NCBI RefSeq assembly: GCF_001194135.2
Contig: NC_068983.1
Location: 113,952,705 to 114,016,704 of the forward strand
Source of the DNA: Octopus bimaculoides
Lineage: Eukaryota
Direction of reading: 5' to 3'
Length of the DNA stretch: 64,000 nucleotides
This document shows, in pieces, positions 63,784 through 64,000 of this stretch. Made by a program: the position numbers and the translations under genes. Every line of letters starts with the position of its first letter. Position 1 is the first letter of the stretch. The notes beneath the pieces are model-generated. The model was not told the DNA's origin. It saw nothing but the letters and a program-made list of their open reading frames with translations, and made no database searches.

Positions 63784-63914
63784 CACCATTGCCGAAAGTG
63801 TGGTCGTGCTGTATGTGGCAAGTGTAGTGGTAACAAAACAACTATTCCTCCACTTGGTTATGAATATGAAGTACGTGTTTGTGATCAATGTTTCTCTGGC
63901 ATAACAGATGAAGA
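63784..63914 (+). CDS. WDFY2: WDFY2 exon 10 equivalent, FYVE C-half [43 protein letters not shown]
   Basis: ttttcttgcag acceptor, GTAAGT donor at 63915; HHCRxCG and RVC motifs; 131 nt; absent from ORF track. Confidence 0.96.
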
Positions 63915-64000
63915 GTAAGTATGGCTGTTGCAGTTCATCCTTCTTTCTTATTAATTTATTTTATGAATTCCAGTTTTATTGCTGCGTATGTTGAATGTAT

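Larger units (their letters stand above)
26564..63914 (+). other. WDFY2: WD repeat and FYVE domain-containing protein (WDFY2/WDFY1 orthologue), partial gene span: exons 2-10 visible; exon 1 and 3' exons not found in window
   Basis: Nine exons of 68,74,55,151,113,127,106,102,131 nt join in one frame with AG/GT ends: [72 protein letters not shown]...[12 protein letters not shown]...[21 protein letters not shown]...[20 protein letters not shown]...[16 protein letters not shown]...EVRVCDQC. Matches the WDFY1/2 sequence as I recall it (WD40 repeats plus FYVE with WxxD, RxHHCRxCG, RVC). Confidence 0.96.

Overview
AT-rich eukaryotic scaffold with four N-gaps (18052-18371, 30609-30618, 59968-60171, 63039-63315). 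The repeat families look like those of Octopus (inference; species not determinable). The window lies inside one large + strand gene, a WDFY2/WDFY1-family WD40+FYVE gene. Nine coding exons (orthologous to vertebrate exons 2-10) were reconstructed by hand with compatible phases; exon 1 and the last exons are not visible. The intron after the 151-nt exon is a U12-type minor intron (GTATCCTTT donor, TTTTCTTAAC branch site just upstream of the AG). The introns are packed with tRNA-derived SINEs, RTE/CR1/R4-Dong LINE fragments, mariner/Tigger/hAT/piggyBac fossils, MITEs and microsatellites. Most notable unexplained structures: (1) a tRNA-headed SINE-like element carrying a minimal type I hammerhead ribozyme fold; (2) a second hammerhead-like family with a shared non-canonical CCGAUGA core; (3) a CpG-rich NRF1/YY1 promoter-like island with its own splice donor and acceptor inside intron 9; (4) a piggyBac remnant whose terminus matches a small MITE family; (5) several long inverted repeats that would form dsRNA in the pre-mRNA. 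Repeat boundaries are by-eye estimates unless TSDs or TIRs are quoted.
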